DNA of 64,000 nucleotides from Octopus sinensis (lineage: Eukaryota): assembly GCF_006345805.1 (NCBI RefSeq), contig NC_043012.1, positions 9,362,001 to 9,426,000 on the forward strand. Reading direction: 5' to 3'. Shown here in pieces: positions 27,931 to 43,032 of the stretch. Position 1 is the stretch's first letter; each line of letters opens with the position of its first letter. The translations under genes and the position numbers were made by a program. The notes under the pieces are model-generated. The model made no database searches. It saw nothing but the letters and a program-made list of their open reading frames with translations, and had not been told where the DNA came from.

Positions 27931-29166
27931 TTATCATGCGCTGTTTCTCTTGGTATGTGATCAGTATGCCGCGCACATATGGTTGTGGTACATGTATCTG
28001 GTGTACCTTTATCTGACGGGTAGTCATGATGAGTATACTGGGATTATCATTGGGGTTATTGCTGTCAAATAGTTAAGTATTATTAATTTTACTCTCCCTA
28101 CCCCATCAGCTTTAGCCTTCAAATTTTGGCTGAAATATATTCTAACTGAACCAGAATGGTTTCTACTTCAAAGAGATCTTGATTTATGACTCTGCCAGTT
28201 AAACTGTCTTTTTTTATTCTATCCATAAAAGATAGATTCTAGTTTCCATTAGACTTGATAAACTAGTCTATAAAATTAGAACTAACCCCCACCCCAGTAA
28301 TAAATTTAAATAACGAAGTAAAATCAATGATAAGCAGTGTCTTCCTGTGAAAAAAATATCAGTTACTACTATGATGTTGCTGATGAAACATGTCCTTTGT
28401 CTATCTACTTATCCTCTTTGTGATTGTGGTTAATGGAATAATTATACAAATGAATCCTTAGAATTTAACTAAATTCTATAATTTAATGCAGCTGAAGATT
28501 GCTCTACATTTTAAAACTGATGCTATATTTGCATTGTTCAATTAAATGGAGTCGCATGAAACGATTGTACTGCACTACCTTTGGATATCCTTGTTGGTTA
28601 TTTTGATTGTAATCACCCCATTTTGAATTATATGGATAATACCATACTAAATTCTGGTGCCTTTAACTTAAGTACCATATTCAACTGAATCTAAATTTTA
28701 CTGAACTTATATGTATATATATATATATACATGCATACAACGGGTTTTCTTGAGTTTTCGCCTTCCAAATCCACTTACAACGCCTTGGTCAGCCGGAAGT
28801 TATAGTAAAAGACTCATGACTAAGTTTCCACGCATTGAGACTGAAACCGGAACCATGTTTTTGAGAAGCAAGCTTCCTACCACACAGCCACTCTTATATA
28901 TATTTCTAAATTGAATTTTTCCCTGTAAGTTACGAATAATATTCCCTCAAATAATTATTTTATATATATATATATAGATATATACATACATACATTTATA
29001 TATATATATATTTATATATACATACATACATACATGCATACATACATACACACATATACGTGCGTGTGTGATTTGATCCTATATATGCGATTAGATATGA
29101 CGATATATGTGTTTAGTGAGTATCATGTGCAAATATATTTGCCTTTCACTTTTGTGCATAATTTAA

Positions 29167-29205
<39 letters not shown>

Positions 29206-31373
29206 TATTATTATTATTATTATTATATTATTATTATTATTACTATTTGTGTCTGGCACTTGTGTTGCCTGCCGAAGTTTTGTTAAATTTTGTTGAAATA
29301 ATTTGTTTAATATTCAAAACTTTTTATTGACTCTTGAAATAAGATACTCTGCTTCACTGAGTGAAGAGAAGTATTGTGAAATTGTGCCCTAAAGAGCCAA
29401 AATTTTGTAATATTCGCTTGTTTTAATTTGTGTTTGTTTCCCTCGTTAGAGTTATGGCGTCGTTAGTGCCCATTAACGGTTTCAATGATGAGATAGCAAG
29501 AACACCTCATACTGCTTCCAACTTCATGGCGGAGCAAAAACTAGTGAAAAACAAAAGCAATGTTCACAAACGCAACATAAACTACAGCTATGCAAACAAC
29601 GGCTGCTTTCTACTCACCGAAGGGGAGGTTAAAATCATACTGATCACAGTGCAAAGGTCAGCTAATATAGCGGCAATCGAGAGTTGCAAGTTCGACAAAC
29701 AACAATAGCAACAACAAAAACATTATCAAAAGCAACCACAACAACTGCAGCAATAGTAATAAAGGCAAAAGCGGCAATAGTTGTGGCATTAAAAGAATCA
29801 GATGTGACAAGGCGGCAGCGGCGGTAGCAGCAGCGGCAGTAGCAGCAGCGGCAATAGTGGTGACAGCAGAAGGAATAGCGACGACGACGGGTCAACTGGG
29901 GTAGCAGTATTGACATCACCAACAACAACACCAACAACAGCAGAGAGTGTAACAGTAGCGAGGAGTGGAGGCACAATGGCCCAGTGGTTAGGGCAGCGGA
30001 CTCTGCAGCGAGGAAATGTATTATTCACATGATAAAAATATGTGATATATGTGTGATATGTCACACACACGGACAAACACATACACACTCATACATACAT
30101 GTTATATTCATATACATACATACATATATATATATATTATATTTATAATGTTAATTACAATAATATATACATATATGTAATATAGATTATTATATATACA
30201 TACATCGAAGAAGAAACCAAAGAACAGCAGAAAAAAAGGAGAAAGAAGGAATGCACTCAACATTAGAGCTAAAGACACCTCCGAAAGGTGGGGGGGGGGC
30301 ACCACGTCGAAAACGGTATTTGAGTTCCACCGGATGGTATCTTTAGACACGGCATCCTATAAAGCAGCTGTTGAGGGAAAAAACAGCTAAATTTGGTTGG
30401 AATTCCTCCTTGTATGGAATGGGTTTAAGGATGGTGACCTCTTCAAAAGGAAAAAAACACCAAAAAAAAAACAGGTGTGGGGTGGACAACACTTAAAGTC
30501 CTTTTGCTTTCTTTCTTTCTTCCCTTTTTCCTCTTCTTTCCTCCTTTCTCTTTCTTTCTTTTCTCCTCTTTCTTTCTGATAAATACAGCACACTCATACA
30601 CACATACACACCCATACATACCCACACACACATACATATGCACCCTCACACACATACGGTTGCTATCACACACAACACACACACACACACCACAAGGACA
30701 ATTAAAACAAGACAAACATACTCAGACAGAGACACACACTCACTCATTCGCTCACGTACACACACATAACATCCCCACCAACACAATACACACAAACATA
30801 CACACGCACACACACAGAGTCGCACACACACACGCGGACAAACACATACACACACAGACGCACACACAACACCCTGACAAATACCAATTACACACATACA
30901 CATACACATCACCAGGAGAATTATAACAATAAAAACGCACACATACACACACGCGAACACACACATGCACACACATGCGCGCACACAACACCCTGACAAA
31001 TAATAATCACACCATCCTACCAAATATAAAGCACACACCAACATATATACACCCGCCACAATAAACTCTGTGATGAATCAAATACGGCCCCCACAAACAA
31101 ACATAAGCACATGTATATAAACACACACATAGAGACATGCATAGAGAGACACACACATACACCATTCTGACCTCTTTGACCAGTCCCCAAACCCACTGAA
31201 CCATGACACACTAATTCCACATTGCTCTTCTTTCCCACCCCAACCAACCTCCCACACTGTCCCTTAAAATAGCAAATATTCCATAGCTACACACAAGACA
31301 GAATAATGTCAGAAAGACAGGTCAGTTCGTCTCCAATTTTGTGTAAATTCTTAAATATATCTCCTTCTGTATA

Positions 31374-31409
<36 letters not shown>

Positions 31410-31502
31410 TTATATAAATATTATTTGAGACAAAACCACTATTTTGCAAAACAAGGAAAGACTTAATCAATACATAAAATTTAATAAATAGTCAAAAAAA
31501 CG

Positions 31503-31545
31503 CCACTACAATCGTTTCTTGTCTTGATCGACAATCTTCAGGTGG
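31503..31545 (-). ncRNA. Minimal type I hammerhead ribozyme
   Basis: Minus strand: CCAC-CUGAAGA-UUGUC(GAUCAA)GACAA-GAAAC-GAUU-GUA^GUGG. Confidence 0.8.
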
Positions 31546-32063
31546 ACTTCCAATCTAAAAAATCAAAATTTTAAAATATAAAAATAATACTTTTAAATAA
31601 TTAAAGTATAAATGAAAAAATATAAGTATAATCCATATATAACCTATATATAATCCATATCGAAAATATAGACTAATTACCACGAATTCCTAAAAAAACC
31701 ATGATAAAACAAAACTCTTAAAAACATATAACGATAAAATCTCCCTTTGCTAAACTCTATAACAAACCTATGTGTGAGTCTGTGGTTTACGTGTGTGTAT
31801 TTGTGTGTGAATGTTTAGGTTAGGGGGTTTACTTTATAGGTTTGTTATAGAGTTTAGCAAAGGGAGATTTTATCGTTATATGTTTTTAAGAGTTTTGTTT
31901 TATCATGGTTTTTTTAGGGAATTCGTGGTAATTAGTCTATATTTTCGATATGGATTATATATAGGTTATATATGGATTATATACTTATATTTTTTCATTT
32001 ATACTTTAATTATTTAAAAGTATTATTTTTATATTTTAAAATTTTGATTTTTAGATTGGAAGT

Positions 32064-32106
32064 CCACCTGAAGATTGTCGATCAAGACAAGAAACGATTG
32101 TAGTGG
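32064..32106 (+). ncRNA. Minimal type I hammerhead ribozyme
   Basis: CCAC-CUGAAGA-UUGUC(GAUCAA)GACAA-GAAAC-GAUU-GUA^GUGG. Stem I CCAC/GUGG, 5-bp stem II, self-complementary ACGAUUGU stem III. Predicted cut after 32102. Confidence 0.8.
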
Positions 32107-32293
32107 CGGTTTTTTTGACTATTTATTAAATTTTATGTATTGATTAAGTCTTTCCTTGTTTGTTTTGCAAAATAGTGGTTTTGTCTCAAATAATATTTTA
32201 TAATATTTTACTATATAATTGGATTTAATCCTAAATCTGATTTTTTTTTCCTGTAAATTTGGATATATTCCCTAATATTTATTATATGTTTAT

Positions 32294-32384
<91 letters not shown>

Positions 32385-32386
<2 letters not shown>

Positions 32387-32695
32387 AGGCGCAATGGCCT
32401 AGTGGTTAGGGCAACGGACTCGCGGTCGTAGGATCGCGGTTTCGATTCCCAGACCGGGCGTTGTGAGTGTTTATTGAGCGAAAACACCAAAAGCTCCACA
32501 AGGCTCCGGCAGGGGGTGGTGACGAGCCCTGCTGTACTCTTTCGCCACAACTTTCTCTCACTCTTTCCTCTGTTGGCCTGCTCGCTTAGCCAGCGGGTTG
32601 GCGTCATTTGAAGGCTAAAACAATACGAAGCGCATTGTGACCAGCGATGTGTAACAACATCTGATAGCCTGGTCGGTCACGGTGATCACGGTGAT
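32385..32695 (+). mobile_element. tRNA-derived SINE family 2, near full length
   Basis: A-box-like tggcctagtggttagg and B-box-like ggtttcgattcc. Inserted in (TA)n. Confidence 0.85.
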
Positions 32696-33025
32696 ATATA
32701 TATATATATATATATACTACCAAACAAACATGATTTTTATTGAACTTCTAGTACTTTTTGTTGAATACTTTCTTAAATACTTTCTTGTTAACTGTTTTTA
32801 ACATTTTCTTATTATTATCAAAGAATGTACATATGTATTTTAATACTTTTGTAACAACCGGTACTTAACACAACCAAGATTACATAAAGCTTTACATTTT
32901 ACTTTTGACAAGTTTTTTCTAAAAAAGTGAAACCGCTCAAGTGAATAAACATCTTTAAAATTGCATTTTCAAACATTCTTTCATGTACACACACATATAT
33001 ATATATATATATCTGATATATGATA

Positions 33026-33109
<84 letters not shown>

Positions 33110-33887
33110 AATACGAGTAGAGGAGAAGAGAAAGAATGATACATTTTTTAAAATCAGATATTTCTGGTTGGGTTGTCTTCGGTTTTTATAATTTGATAAG
33201 ATCTATCATGATTGTGCATGTTAAATGACAAAGGTTTAAGAAAATATGTTAGAATATCGAGTGAATGATCTGCCAAGGGATGAGAACGACACACAGTTAT
33301 ATTGAATTAAAGGATGCCGCTTTAAATCAAAATCTATGTGTAATATGTGATTCTCTACAGTGTCAAACATAATACAGGAAAAGCAATTGAAAACAAAGTA
33401 TGGAACATCATTATCCGAGAATATTGAGAATTTGAAGAAGAATGGCGTTTAAAGGGTATTTAGCAGAAACTTATCAAATTCCGCCTCAGTAGTGCTGGAA
33501 AATTATTACATATTGGAGAGCGGTAACTAGAACTCTACTTAACATTCTCAAAATTGTAAAGGACCTATAAGTACATATAAGTAGATATCACTGTTTCCAT
33601 CTATAAACAAGATGGTACGTACGATAGACAGGATGTCTGTTTGTAGCAGTAACAAAGAACCAGAAATAGACGAACGCTTGACTAGCTACCAGCCGACAAC
33701 CGCAGATTCTGCGAGTTTGCTCGACCTGTCAGAAATAGGAGTCAAGATCTCCCTCAAATTGTATAGTCTCAAAAATTGGTACCCTATATCTGATAATGTA
33801 TACGGGCTTCCTTCGGTTGGAATGACTCTAATCGCAGATCTGTTTCAACAACACTATGGTTTAGCTTCAGCAACATTAACCATTGAT

Positions 33888-33928
<41 letters not shown>

Positions 33929-36900
33929 GCATAGGCAAAAATATTAGTGTATAAATACATGTATATTTACATATATGCATAGATACTACCACAAATGCAT
34001 ATATCCATACATACAACCACATATACATATATACATACATGCATATATAAATACATGCATAGATACATACACACATACATAAGTAGACACACAAACACAT
34101 ATATAGACACAATGTTACACATTATATTATACATAACTCGTAGATTGGCAGAAAGGTGAGAATGCCGGACTAAATGCTTTGCGGTATTACTTCCAGCACT
34201 TGAGGGTCTGCGATGATATGAAACCGAGGTACCAGTAAAGTACTGGGGTTGATCTACTCGATTAACATCATTGTCATCAAACTTGATATCCTTGTGCGTT
34301 AATTAGAAATTAACACAACAATTAGGCATGCTATTATTTTTGTACTTGTTGAAACCCAACTCATGCCATAATTGAACACCATTCATGATCAAAAGGAATC
34401 CATTTGTGACCATACCATATTTTATTGATACACCCAATATCGAAGCACACATTATCCAATAGGGACTTCCATCTTAAATGTTACGATTTGAGTCAAATGT
34501 GGTTACCATTTCTTGCACATTGAGTAACCATGTAGATGTCTCTCGTTTTATTTCTCGCTTCCATGGTGACCATGTCGATTGGTCAATCGACGGAATTACC
34601 TATTCATTAAGCTAATGTTCAAAGTGGTTGAATATTCCACAGGCCCTTTGTAACTATAATCTAACGCTAAGTCGGCACCAGTGTGATGCAAGTGTGACTA
34701 GGCTGGCTCTCTAAATTACAAGTACTATCTACCAGAAGGGCTGTCATACAGCTTACGTCTACCAAATTATACTTACAAGACTCGGCTTTGGTAAAAGAAT
34801 TAAACTTGCCGAAGATGCCAGACAGTAGAATCGATTAAAGGATCTCATGATTGCGAAGAGAATTTCTTAACTGGTCGCCCATGTTTCATCTCTATGTGGA
34901 TACGTTTGCTCGTAATGTGAAATTGTATTGAAACGAAAATTTCTAAGTGAAGAGCTTCGAATTTCTAAAATTTGTGTAGAAAGTAATACTCTTCTGGCAA
35001 GAAGTTTCCGTGTATATCGATGCCCAAACAGCTCAGGGCCCTGCGTTACATCATAAAGCTTCCTCTGGAGTTTTTTTAAGAATAGCTTTTGGCTGAATCG
35101 TGAAGAACGATCACGTAACCAATTGGTGAGATGTCTAGCGAACAAACAACACTTGGTAATGAACCGAAACGAACATGTTGTCATGTAATCGATGAGCATA
35201 ATTAGATAGACCTGTTATTAAAGAATAGTGTACAGATTCGATCATCCAGTCCAGTAACATAACGGTTTGAAATGTTGGCACTAGGTCAGAAATTTCGAGG
35301 GATCGGATAAGTCGATTACATTGATCCCAGGGCTCAACTAGTAAGTATGTTATCGACCTCGGAAGGATGAAAGACAATGTTAACCTCGGTGGAATTTGAA
35401 CTCAGAACGTAAAGACGGACGAAATACTAAACATTTTGTCCCGCGTACTGGTGATTCTGCCAGCTAGCAATATAACGGCAATACCATAAAGAAGTTTAAT
35501 TGGTTTACATCCAAATCCACTCTTTACGTTAGTACACGTGGTAAAACAGGAAAGGACAAGCAACATAATCTGGCTTCTGCTTGAGCTGATAATCGAAATG
35601 TTTCACCACTCCGTTAGATATTCGAAGGTAAACCAAAATATGGGTTCAATCCCAGCTTAGCTATAGTGTCATGTCAGTAAGCATGTTGCATTCTCAGTGC
35701 TCTCCTCTGGTGTAATGGTAGACAGTATTATCTATCAAGAATTCCTGTCCGGTAAGAAAGCTTAAGCCACCGCATCATTTGTTTCATGAGTTAGTTACTA
35801 CCGTCAACATTGAAATGTGGTGGTCAATAGATGAGCTACAATGGTATAGGAATGATCATTGATGAAGATTAATTGTTATATGGTTGATTATCAATATGAG
35901 AGGTCAGTGCGTAGAATAGGTGTTCAACAGTTGGATGGACTATAACAATTTATTAAAGGTCAACGGTAAAAATTTGGGGTCAACTATTCGATGATATACA
36001 CTTGTTTATGAGAGATCAAAGAAAACTATTACTGGTTAACATTTGGATGACCATCGACAATATAGTGAAAGCGAGTGGTTATGATCGGTGATTAGCTGGT
36101 GGATGGATTACAACCACGTATCACAGGCGAAAGGTCAGAGATCAGAGGTCAGGCTTGGTGATCAGCCTGTGGGTGGGTTACAACAGCTTATGAAAGAGAA
36201 GAAATAAGTGGTCAGCTAATAAACTGAGCTCTATCCATATTCGAAATCTCAAAGGTAAAAGACGGATGATCCCCTAACCGTCAAACTTCATATTCATTGC
36301 GGAAAGAATACAGAATTATGGGCGAGACTGTAGACTCTCTAATATTTGCCAATAAATCTTTGGTGGAAACCATTTTCCATCTGTCACCTCTGACGATCAC
36401 TAGGGATGGGCATGGATAGCTTTAGGTACAAATTATCACATGGAGAGAATGGAAACGAACTAATAGGAAAATGCACTCTTCTAAATCATGCGTTAGTCAT
36501 TAAGAGTATATTCGGATCAACCTGGACATGAAACATATAAATTATCCTTTCTACTGGAAGTACAAAACCTCAAATTTGGGGAAAGGGATTAAGTGGATTA
36601 CATCGACCACAATGCGTAACTGGTACTTATTTAATCGCTCCCGAAAGGATGAAATACAAAGTTAACCGCGACGGAATTTGAACTCAGAACGTGGCGGTAG
36701 ATGAAATACCGCTGAGTATTTTGCTTGACGTACTAGCAATTCTGACAGCTAGCCTCCTTAAATGGAACATAAATTATATAAGTTAAAAAAACTTATGAAA
36801 TCTTCATCAATTTTTGCCAAACTCTCATCAACGGTGAGTTGTGTTTGAAAATATATAGAATTTCGAAGAAAGACCTGAATTCTTCAGCTTTTCTGAAAAA

Positions 36901-37714
36901 GAAGAGTTATTAAATATTTTCACAGGGATAACTATGATCTAAATAAAATATATAAATATATTACAATAAGAATATCTAGAAAAATAGCAGAGATATTTAT
37001 TATAGAAATATTTTCCAAATTGCTTGTGTTCTAAATTATATTTTACTTCCTATATAATGTGTGGCCATGAGGTTGGCAAAATTTTATTCTGCCATGTTTT
37101 GTTTAAAAAGCAACCATTCTCTTAGAGACGCAAAAAATATGAATGCTTCCTTTCCATATTTTTCTGACAATAATCTATTCTACAACATTTTAAATATAAT
37201 ATTTAATTTCTTTATTTTTTTTGCGCAGAACATGAGACAGAATAATAAACTGTTGGTTTTAAAATCCATAATATTAATAAAAATGTACATGGGAAAAATT
37301 TTATTCACGCCAGTATAATTGTTTTTTTATTCTCCTCATATAAAAGAAAAAAAAGAGAACGATAAATTTTAATAAACCAAGCCAATTAGAAAATATGCCG
37401 ATGGTTATTGAAATTTATATTACTATTTTAAAATCCAATCAGTCAATTTCTGATTTTTATGAAAAATTCTGAAATTTCATATTAAATTAGCAATCCATCT
37501 GCATATATAGACGTTTAAACAGTCGTATATGTAGCTTCATTTGATAGCAATTAAGGATGATTGAATGTTTGAGTAAGGATAAAACACAATCTTTGTCACT
37601 GTGAAAAGATAGGGATGAGAGTTAAACGAGAAATTATTTTAAACACGTATCAGAGGCCAGATTCTCCTGAACAGATAGATGGAGGGAAATAAATAGATAG
37701 AGAGATAAATAGAC

Positions 37715-37779
<65 letters not shown>

Positions 37780-38759
37780 CAGAGAGAGAGAGAGAGAGAG
37801 AGACAGATAGACAAAGAGCGACAGAGATGGGAGAGAGAAAAATTAGTAATCATAAATATACGATACAGAAAGTCAAACGTAAATAAACTGAAATAATCAA
37901 TGATCGATTTTTGACGAGAGTGTATAAAAACTTCAAACCAATTAGACGGGGTCGTAATATTTGGTTTTGCTTTTTACTTTGTGAATTCAAATCTTACTGA
38001 GGTCAACGTTACCTTTGCTCTCTTTAGAATCGATAAAATGAAGTAGTATTTACTTAGTTAAGGACTTGGATCGATGTAGCCGACTAAGCTCCACTCCTCC
38101 AAAATGCTGACCTGGATTAGAAACGATCTTTTAATTCTTTCATGTCACCAGCACTTGCGCTGATATGTGAATTGTGCATTCCAGTTTAGTTCAGAGCCAA
38201 TATTTACTTTGAGGTTTGGAAATAAATAACTCTCTCTGCGAGACGGATTGAATAAGACTTAAATCTGCTCAAGTTTGGTCATTTTTAGTGGACACATGCC
38301 AAAGATTTGGTTTAACAATGTCGATATACTCTTCTGTACAGAGCGAATCTAATGCACACATGGATCTTTACTTTAAACGACAACACATGTCACCCCCACA
38401 AACATACGCGTACGTACACACACACATGTATGTATACATATAATACATATATGTGTATGCAATCACATACATACATTCATACAAACAGACACACTGACAC
38501 ACACATACAAACATACACACATACACGGACACACATATAGGATAGTTCTCCGCTGGTTTCAACAATGAGGATTCAGTGGTCATTCCAAGAAGCTGAGATG
38601 TAAGCTGGAGTGTACGGAAAGCAACAGGTGATTGTTTAGTGCAGCCTGTTAAGGACAGATACGACTTGGCATTCATGGCACCAAAAGGTGGTTCAATGCC
38701 AATGCTCAGAACAGGAGAGGACTGAGAGTGCACAGAGGTTGAGAGGCAGCTGCGTGTAA

Positions 38760-39310
38760 ATACCATTGGACACACCTGTTACTTGTGGTGGTTATTGTGG
38801 GGGCCAGGTATTTCAGGTAAAGAACACAGAATACTGATCAAAGAAAGTTGTTCTGCCTCCTGCGTGCTATAGCAGACATCTAGCCTACTCCAAATATTTG
38901 GAGCCAAGAATGGGAGTCAACTCTTTGCATCTTGGACCATATTCTGTTCCGATTCTCTAGCATAATAGGAGGAGTATTATGCAAGTGGAGACGTGTTTTC
39001 CATTTTGTATCAAGTTTTGAAATAAGAGATGCAAGCGGATCAGAAATGTTAACAGTGGAAGATAATGTCCGGATGGAACGATCTTGCCATTTCTCACAAA
39101 ATGAAGAAATCCACTAGGGAATGGTTAATTCAGTGCTTGTTGCGCCACTCAAGTAAAGCGCACAGGTGTGAAACGCTTGTGAACCTGTGATATCTGTTGA
39201 AGGTATAGAATTATTCCAAAGAATGTTATGAATTTAGGTTCCATCAGAAGGCCTTGCAATCTCTTGCAATATCTTTAAGTAGCACCTGTAATTCTTGATT
39301 AGGGTCGCCT
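38760..39310 (+). pseudogene. Coding-like island, possibly a decayed phospholipid-scramblase/Tubby-C-like pseudogene (mirror at 59720-60270, -)
   Basis: Pieces across frames (QVFQVKN; LIKESCSASC; IIGGVLCKW...FHFVSSFEIRDASGSEMLTVED; GIE-FPKN...QKAL) echo the order of scramblase motifs. By-eye similarity only. Confidence 0.3.
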
Positions 39311-39503
39311 CTCTCTCATATTTATGGCACCTCTAAAAGTTAAAAGTGATAACACTGTATGGCGCACAAGTTATTTTGTTGTTCATTATGAAGAAATGAC
39401 TTAATGGGGTTAATATTTCCTACTGAGCTCAGTGCAGCGACTCACCAGTTATAAAGAAATGAGTATAAATTCATTGTCTTAATCACAAGCAAAACATTCA
39501 TAC

Positions 39504-39840
39504 ACAAGAGCACTCAGAGAGCGCAAACCTCCGCCAAGGCATCACCAACGTCCTCTTAACGATTAGCGGGAGATGATTCTTAAAATGAGAATATTTGAAA
39601 TAGACTCAACTGCTCTCATAAACGAGAATGCTAAAAATGAACCCGACCGCTCTCAAAAATTAAGTAAAAAAAAAAATGGAAAAATAATTCATAATCCTTG
39701 TTTGGTACCGGATCGATCTCAAAATCTAATCATTTGTGCAAATTCGAATCCATCCAGTGGTTCTTGAGATATCTTGCCCACGGACAAACAAACAAACACG
39801 TCTGAAAACAATACCTCCATCTTCGCTAAGGCGGAGATAA
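39504..39840 (+). mobile_element. Non-autonomous Helentron-like element (mirror at ~59190-59525)
   Basis: acaagagcactcagagagcgcaaacctccgccaaggc at the start and a terminal hairpin cctccatcttcgctaaggcggag. Confidence 0.55.
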
Positions 39841-42800
39841 AAAGAGACCAGAATATGGTGGCACACCTGTCATTAATAGCATGGCCTGTTTCAATCGCGA
39901 ACTAAAATTATTGTGGGAATGAAGAATCGGTGATGCAAAATAGCTTATAGTTTGGATTTCTATAATACTTATAATACATTGGAAAATACTTCTGTGGACA
40001 AACTCCATCATGAAGATTAAAGAAATGTTGTGAAGATGTTATTGGTAGGAATGATTACAGCCACAAGAATCGCAATATTAAGTATTGGCATATGAACAAT
40101 TGGAATTGTGATTTACTGGTAGAAAAAAACGTCAAGTTATTTGCATTTGGTTGATAATAAAAGAGTAAAGGGACTTGCTTTAGGAAACAATAAAGATCAT
40201 AATAGGAACATGTTGAACTGTAGAGGAGATCTTCATATTTTAGAGATATGATATGGAAAGGCAATTTCTGTTTCAACACTTAAAAACGAAAGCTGTTAAA
40301 GTAGACTACATAATCTCTTGAGAGAATACTTTATAACTGACGTCTAATCACTTTGTGTCAATTAGAATGCGAAATTTCAAAGAGATGTGTGAAAAGCCCA
40401 TTACTCATTTATTCAAGAGAGCTGACGAAAGAAGAAATGCCATAACAGTACAGCAATTATTCCTGATGTTTATATTAAAATTTTCAAGTTTTACCATCGG
40501 TGTTAGTTCACGCATAAGTCTACCGACTAATCAGCAAACACACATGACATTTATATACTATGATGGCGAAAACCTTGTGTTATGTATTTACAGCACCAAA
40601 GTTTATTAATCAAATTTACCACAAAAACATATTTAACTTGAACAATATGCTGATAAAACCTTCCCTCCTCACCCTAGCACTCGTATATTTGATGGTATTA
40701 CACCATCACCGCAAATGGGAAACATAAGTTTCTGTTTAAGACTAGAATATGTTTCCTGTCAACGAGACTCCAAAGATATCTTGTGGTATTGATCACAAAT
40801 GGAATCGTGTAGTGATGTCCCGAACAGACATCGTGGCTCGCAAAAAATGCCCGGCCAAAATATTACAATCACTCGATAATCAATGTCTTTCGTTTGTCTC
40901 ATTTGCTGTTTCTATAGTAACGAATAACCCCTAGAACTTGTACTAGACACCATAGGTTCAATAATGTACTACTCCTCACGTTATGATAATCTTGTCCTAT
41001 CCCTTCTATCCTATGTCACAGCTTTGACAACATCTCTTCATGAGACAAACTAAAACAAATATTGTATTTTGTTTGAGGTTAAATGAGAAGTAAACACTAA
41101 CAACAAAAAGAAAAGAAAGTTTTCATATTTTTGTTCGAAAATTTGAAGCTAAGATAATTTCACTATTTATATTTGGTTATGGCATTTTTCAGCGAATATA
41201 TTTGCTTTCATGTCATGTTAATTCCCCCGTTTCTCATCTCCTTCACTATTCATGTTGAAGTTACATACAGACCTTCATGTTTACAAGGTTCCAATATCGA
41301 TTTCATGTCAAGTGCTCTTCGTCGATGAATCAATTGAAAAATAAAACTACTAAATTCATTTGAATATATTTAAAGCAAGTTATAACATTATGGTGAAATC
41401 GCTTCGCCCGTTATTTAAAACTGATTTATTATTATTATTATTATTATTATTTTTGTTACTTTATTGATAAAGCGAGCTAAAATAGTTTTCATTTTCAGAG
41501 GGATCTTTCAACTGAAATCAACATGCCAAAATAACAAACCGGAGAAAGTAGAATGAACAAAAGCTCACAGATTTTCTAGTCTTAAGAAAAATAATCCTTA
41601 GAATAAAACAAGAAAATTCTTTTACAAATATGATTTTCTCTCCGATACACCTAATGTTTATTTTTTAATTTACTTTTCTTCCTGTCTTCCATACTTTCTC
41701 CATTCATTCTTTCGTGACAACATGATTTGGTTGGTGATGCAACTTAAATATTTGAATATTCTCATATGGACCGAGTGGAGAAAAGAAAAAAGAGGGGGAA
41801 ATCAATATTTTTAGGAATTTTCTAGATGTTTATATAATAGTCACATGTCAAGTGGCGTATGATAGAAGCTGTTTAATGTTTATGCAAGAATCGTATTAAA
41901 AATATGAAGATGACGTATCCACTAATTAAGGGCTAAACTTTATACATTATTTACAAGGAAATAAAAAATCTGTATCAGAGTTTTCTTCCTTGTACGAAAG
42001 AGTTCGAAGACCAGAGCTAGGTTCACGTGCTGCTGCATTTGTGTTCTATTCCGATATCTTCGACAATACAAATATTACACATATAAATATTCTAGAATGC
42101 ACCATCTTAAAATACCTCATTAGTTATGAGGACAAAGGTTTACTCTCCGAAAAACTGACAGTATCGTTTTACCGCAACTTTTACAGCCTCAACAATCGTA
42201 CTGCGATCTGATGTTTTATTTATACTTTTAGTCGTAAATTGTAACCGGATAAGTCACTAGCGTTCTTTGATAAATAGTTTGATCATTTATATTCTACCGT
42301 TTGGATTACGATCCGTTGATGATCAATAGGCCTAGCTTTTAACAACTCAGTCTGGTTTACTAAGCAGTGATAAAATCATTTATACTCGTAAGAAAGCAAT
42401 TCTTTTCAATTTACCAAATTAATATCACTGCAACCGTGTAGATATATAAGATCTCATGGCTTTGCAGTTAACGAGTGGACACATTGACGACTTGGTCATA
42501 GCTTTAGAATTAATTCAGAAAACATCAAGTGTTCTGTTATCCGTAGTTTCACACATATTTTGATTTATACCGACCGAAGCGAAGTAAATTAAAGCTCGGA
42601 AGGAATGCAATTTGAACATATATTTTAATCCCAGAATGGAACGAGAATTTACATTTGGTATCTTGCTGTTATTCTTCCTATATATCTATTATCTTTAGAT
42701 AAATATTCTATTCATATCGAAGAAATGGCACTTTCTTACGAATCTAGGAACTGTGAAATTACTTTTATGTCACCACAGTACTTCAAAGATAATTATGTTC

Positions 42801-43032
42801 TGTCTGTATTGTTGAGTCAACATCTGCCTGCAAACAACAAGTTTTCTATTTAATTTCCACAGTGCTCTGCCCAGTTTATATGTACAATAAACGTATGCCT
42901 TGCTCACAGTAATAAATTGTCTCTTTCTCTGCGTGGTTTTCATGTCTATATATCTCTCTATACTTCCCCCACAAAGGCTTCAATATTTGGGCGTATTCCA
43001 GTTAAATAACTATCTTTCCAAATAAAGTAGGT

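Larger units (their letters stand above)
31415..32200. repeat. Head-to-head inverted duplication (~360-bp arms, 64-bp spacer) of a hammerhead-bearing Penelope-like terminal segment
   Basis: 31415-31771 is the reverse complement of 31836-32200, apart from a 1-nt and a 4-nt indel. Confidence 0.95.

Noticed and set aside
31812-31830. Telomere-like ttaggttagggg in the spacer of the 0.8-kb inverted repeat
   Set aside because: Only about two imperfect units inside a TG-rich tract, compatible with chance.
32385-32460. tRNA genes at SINE heads (also 27342, 29967, 43210, 55746)
   Set aside because: A- and B-box-like motifs are present but there is no complete cloverleaf, and they continue into SINE bodies (one with a TSD).
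35135-42211. Identical short ORFs in both arms (e.g. MFPVNETPK, MYERVRRP, MAMRLAKF) as conserved genes
   Set aside because: The identity follows from the DNA duplication itself. No coding signature or family motif is visible.
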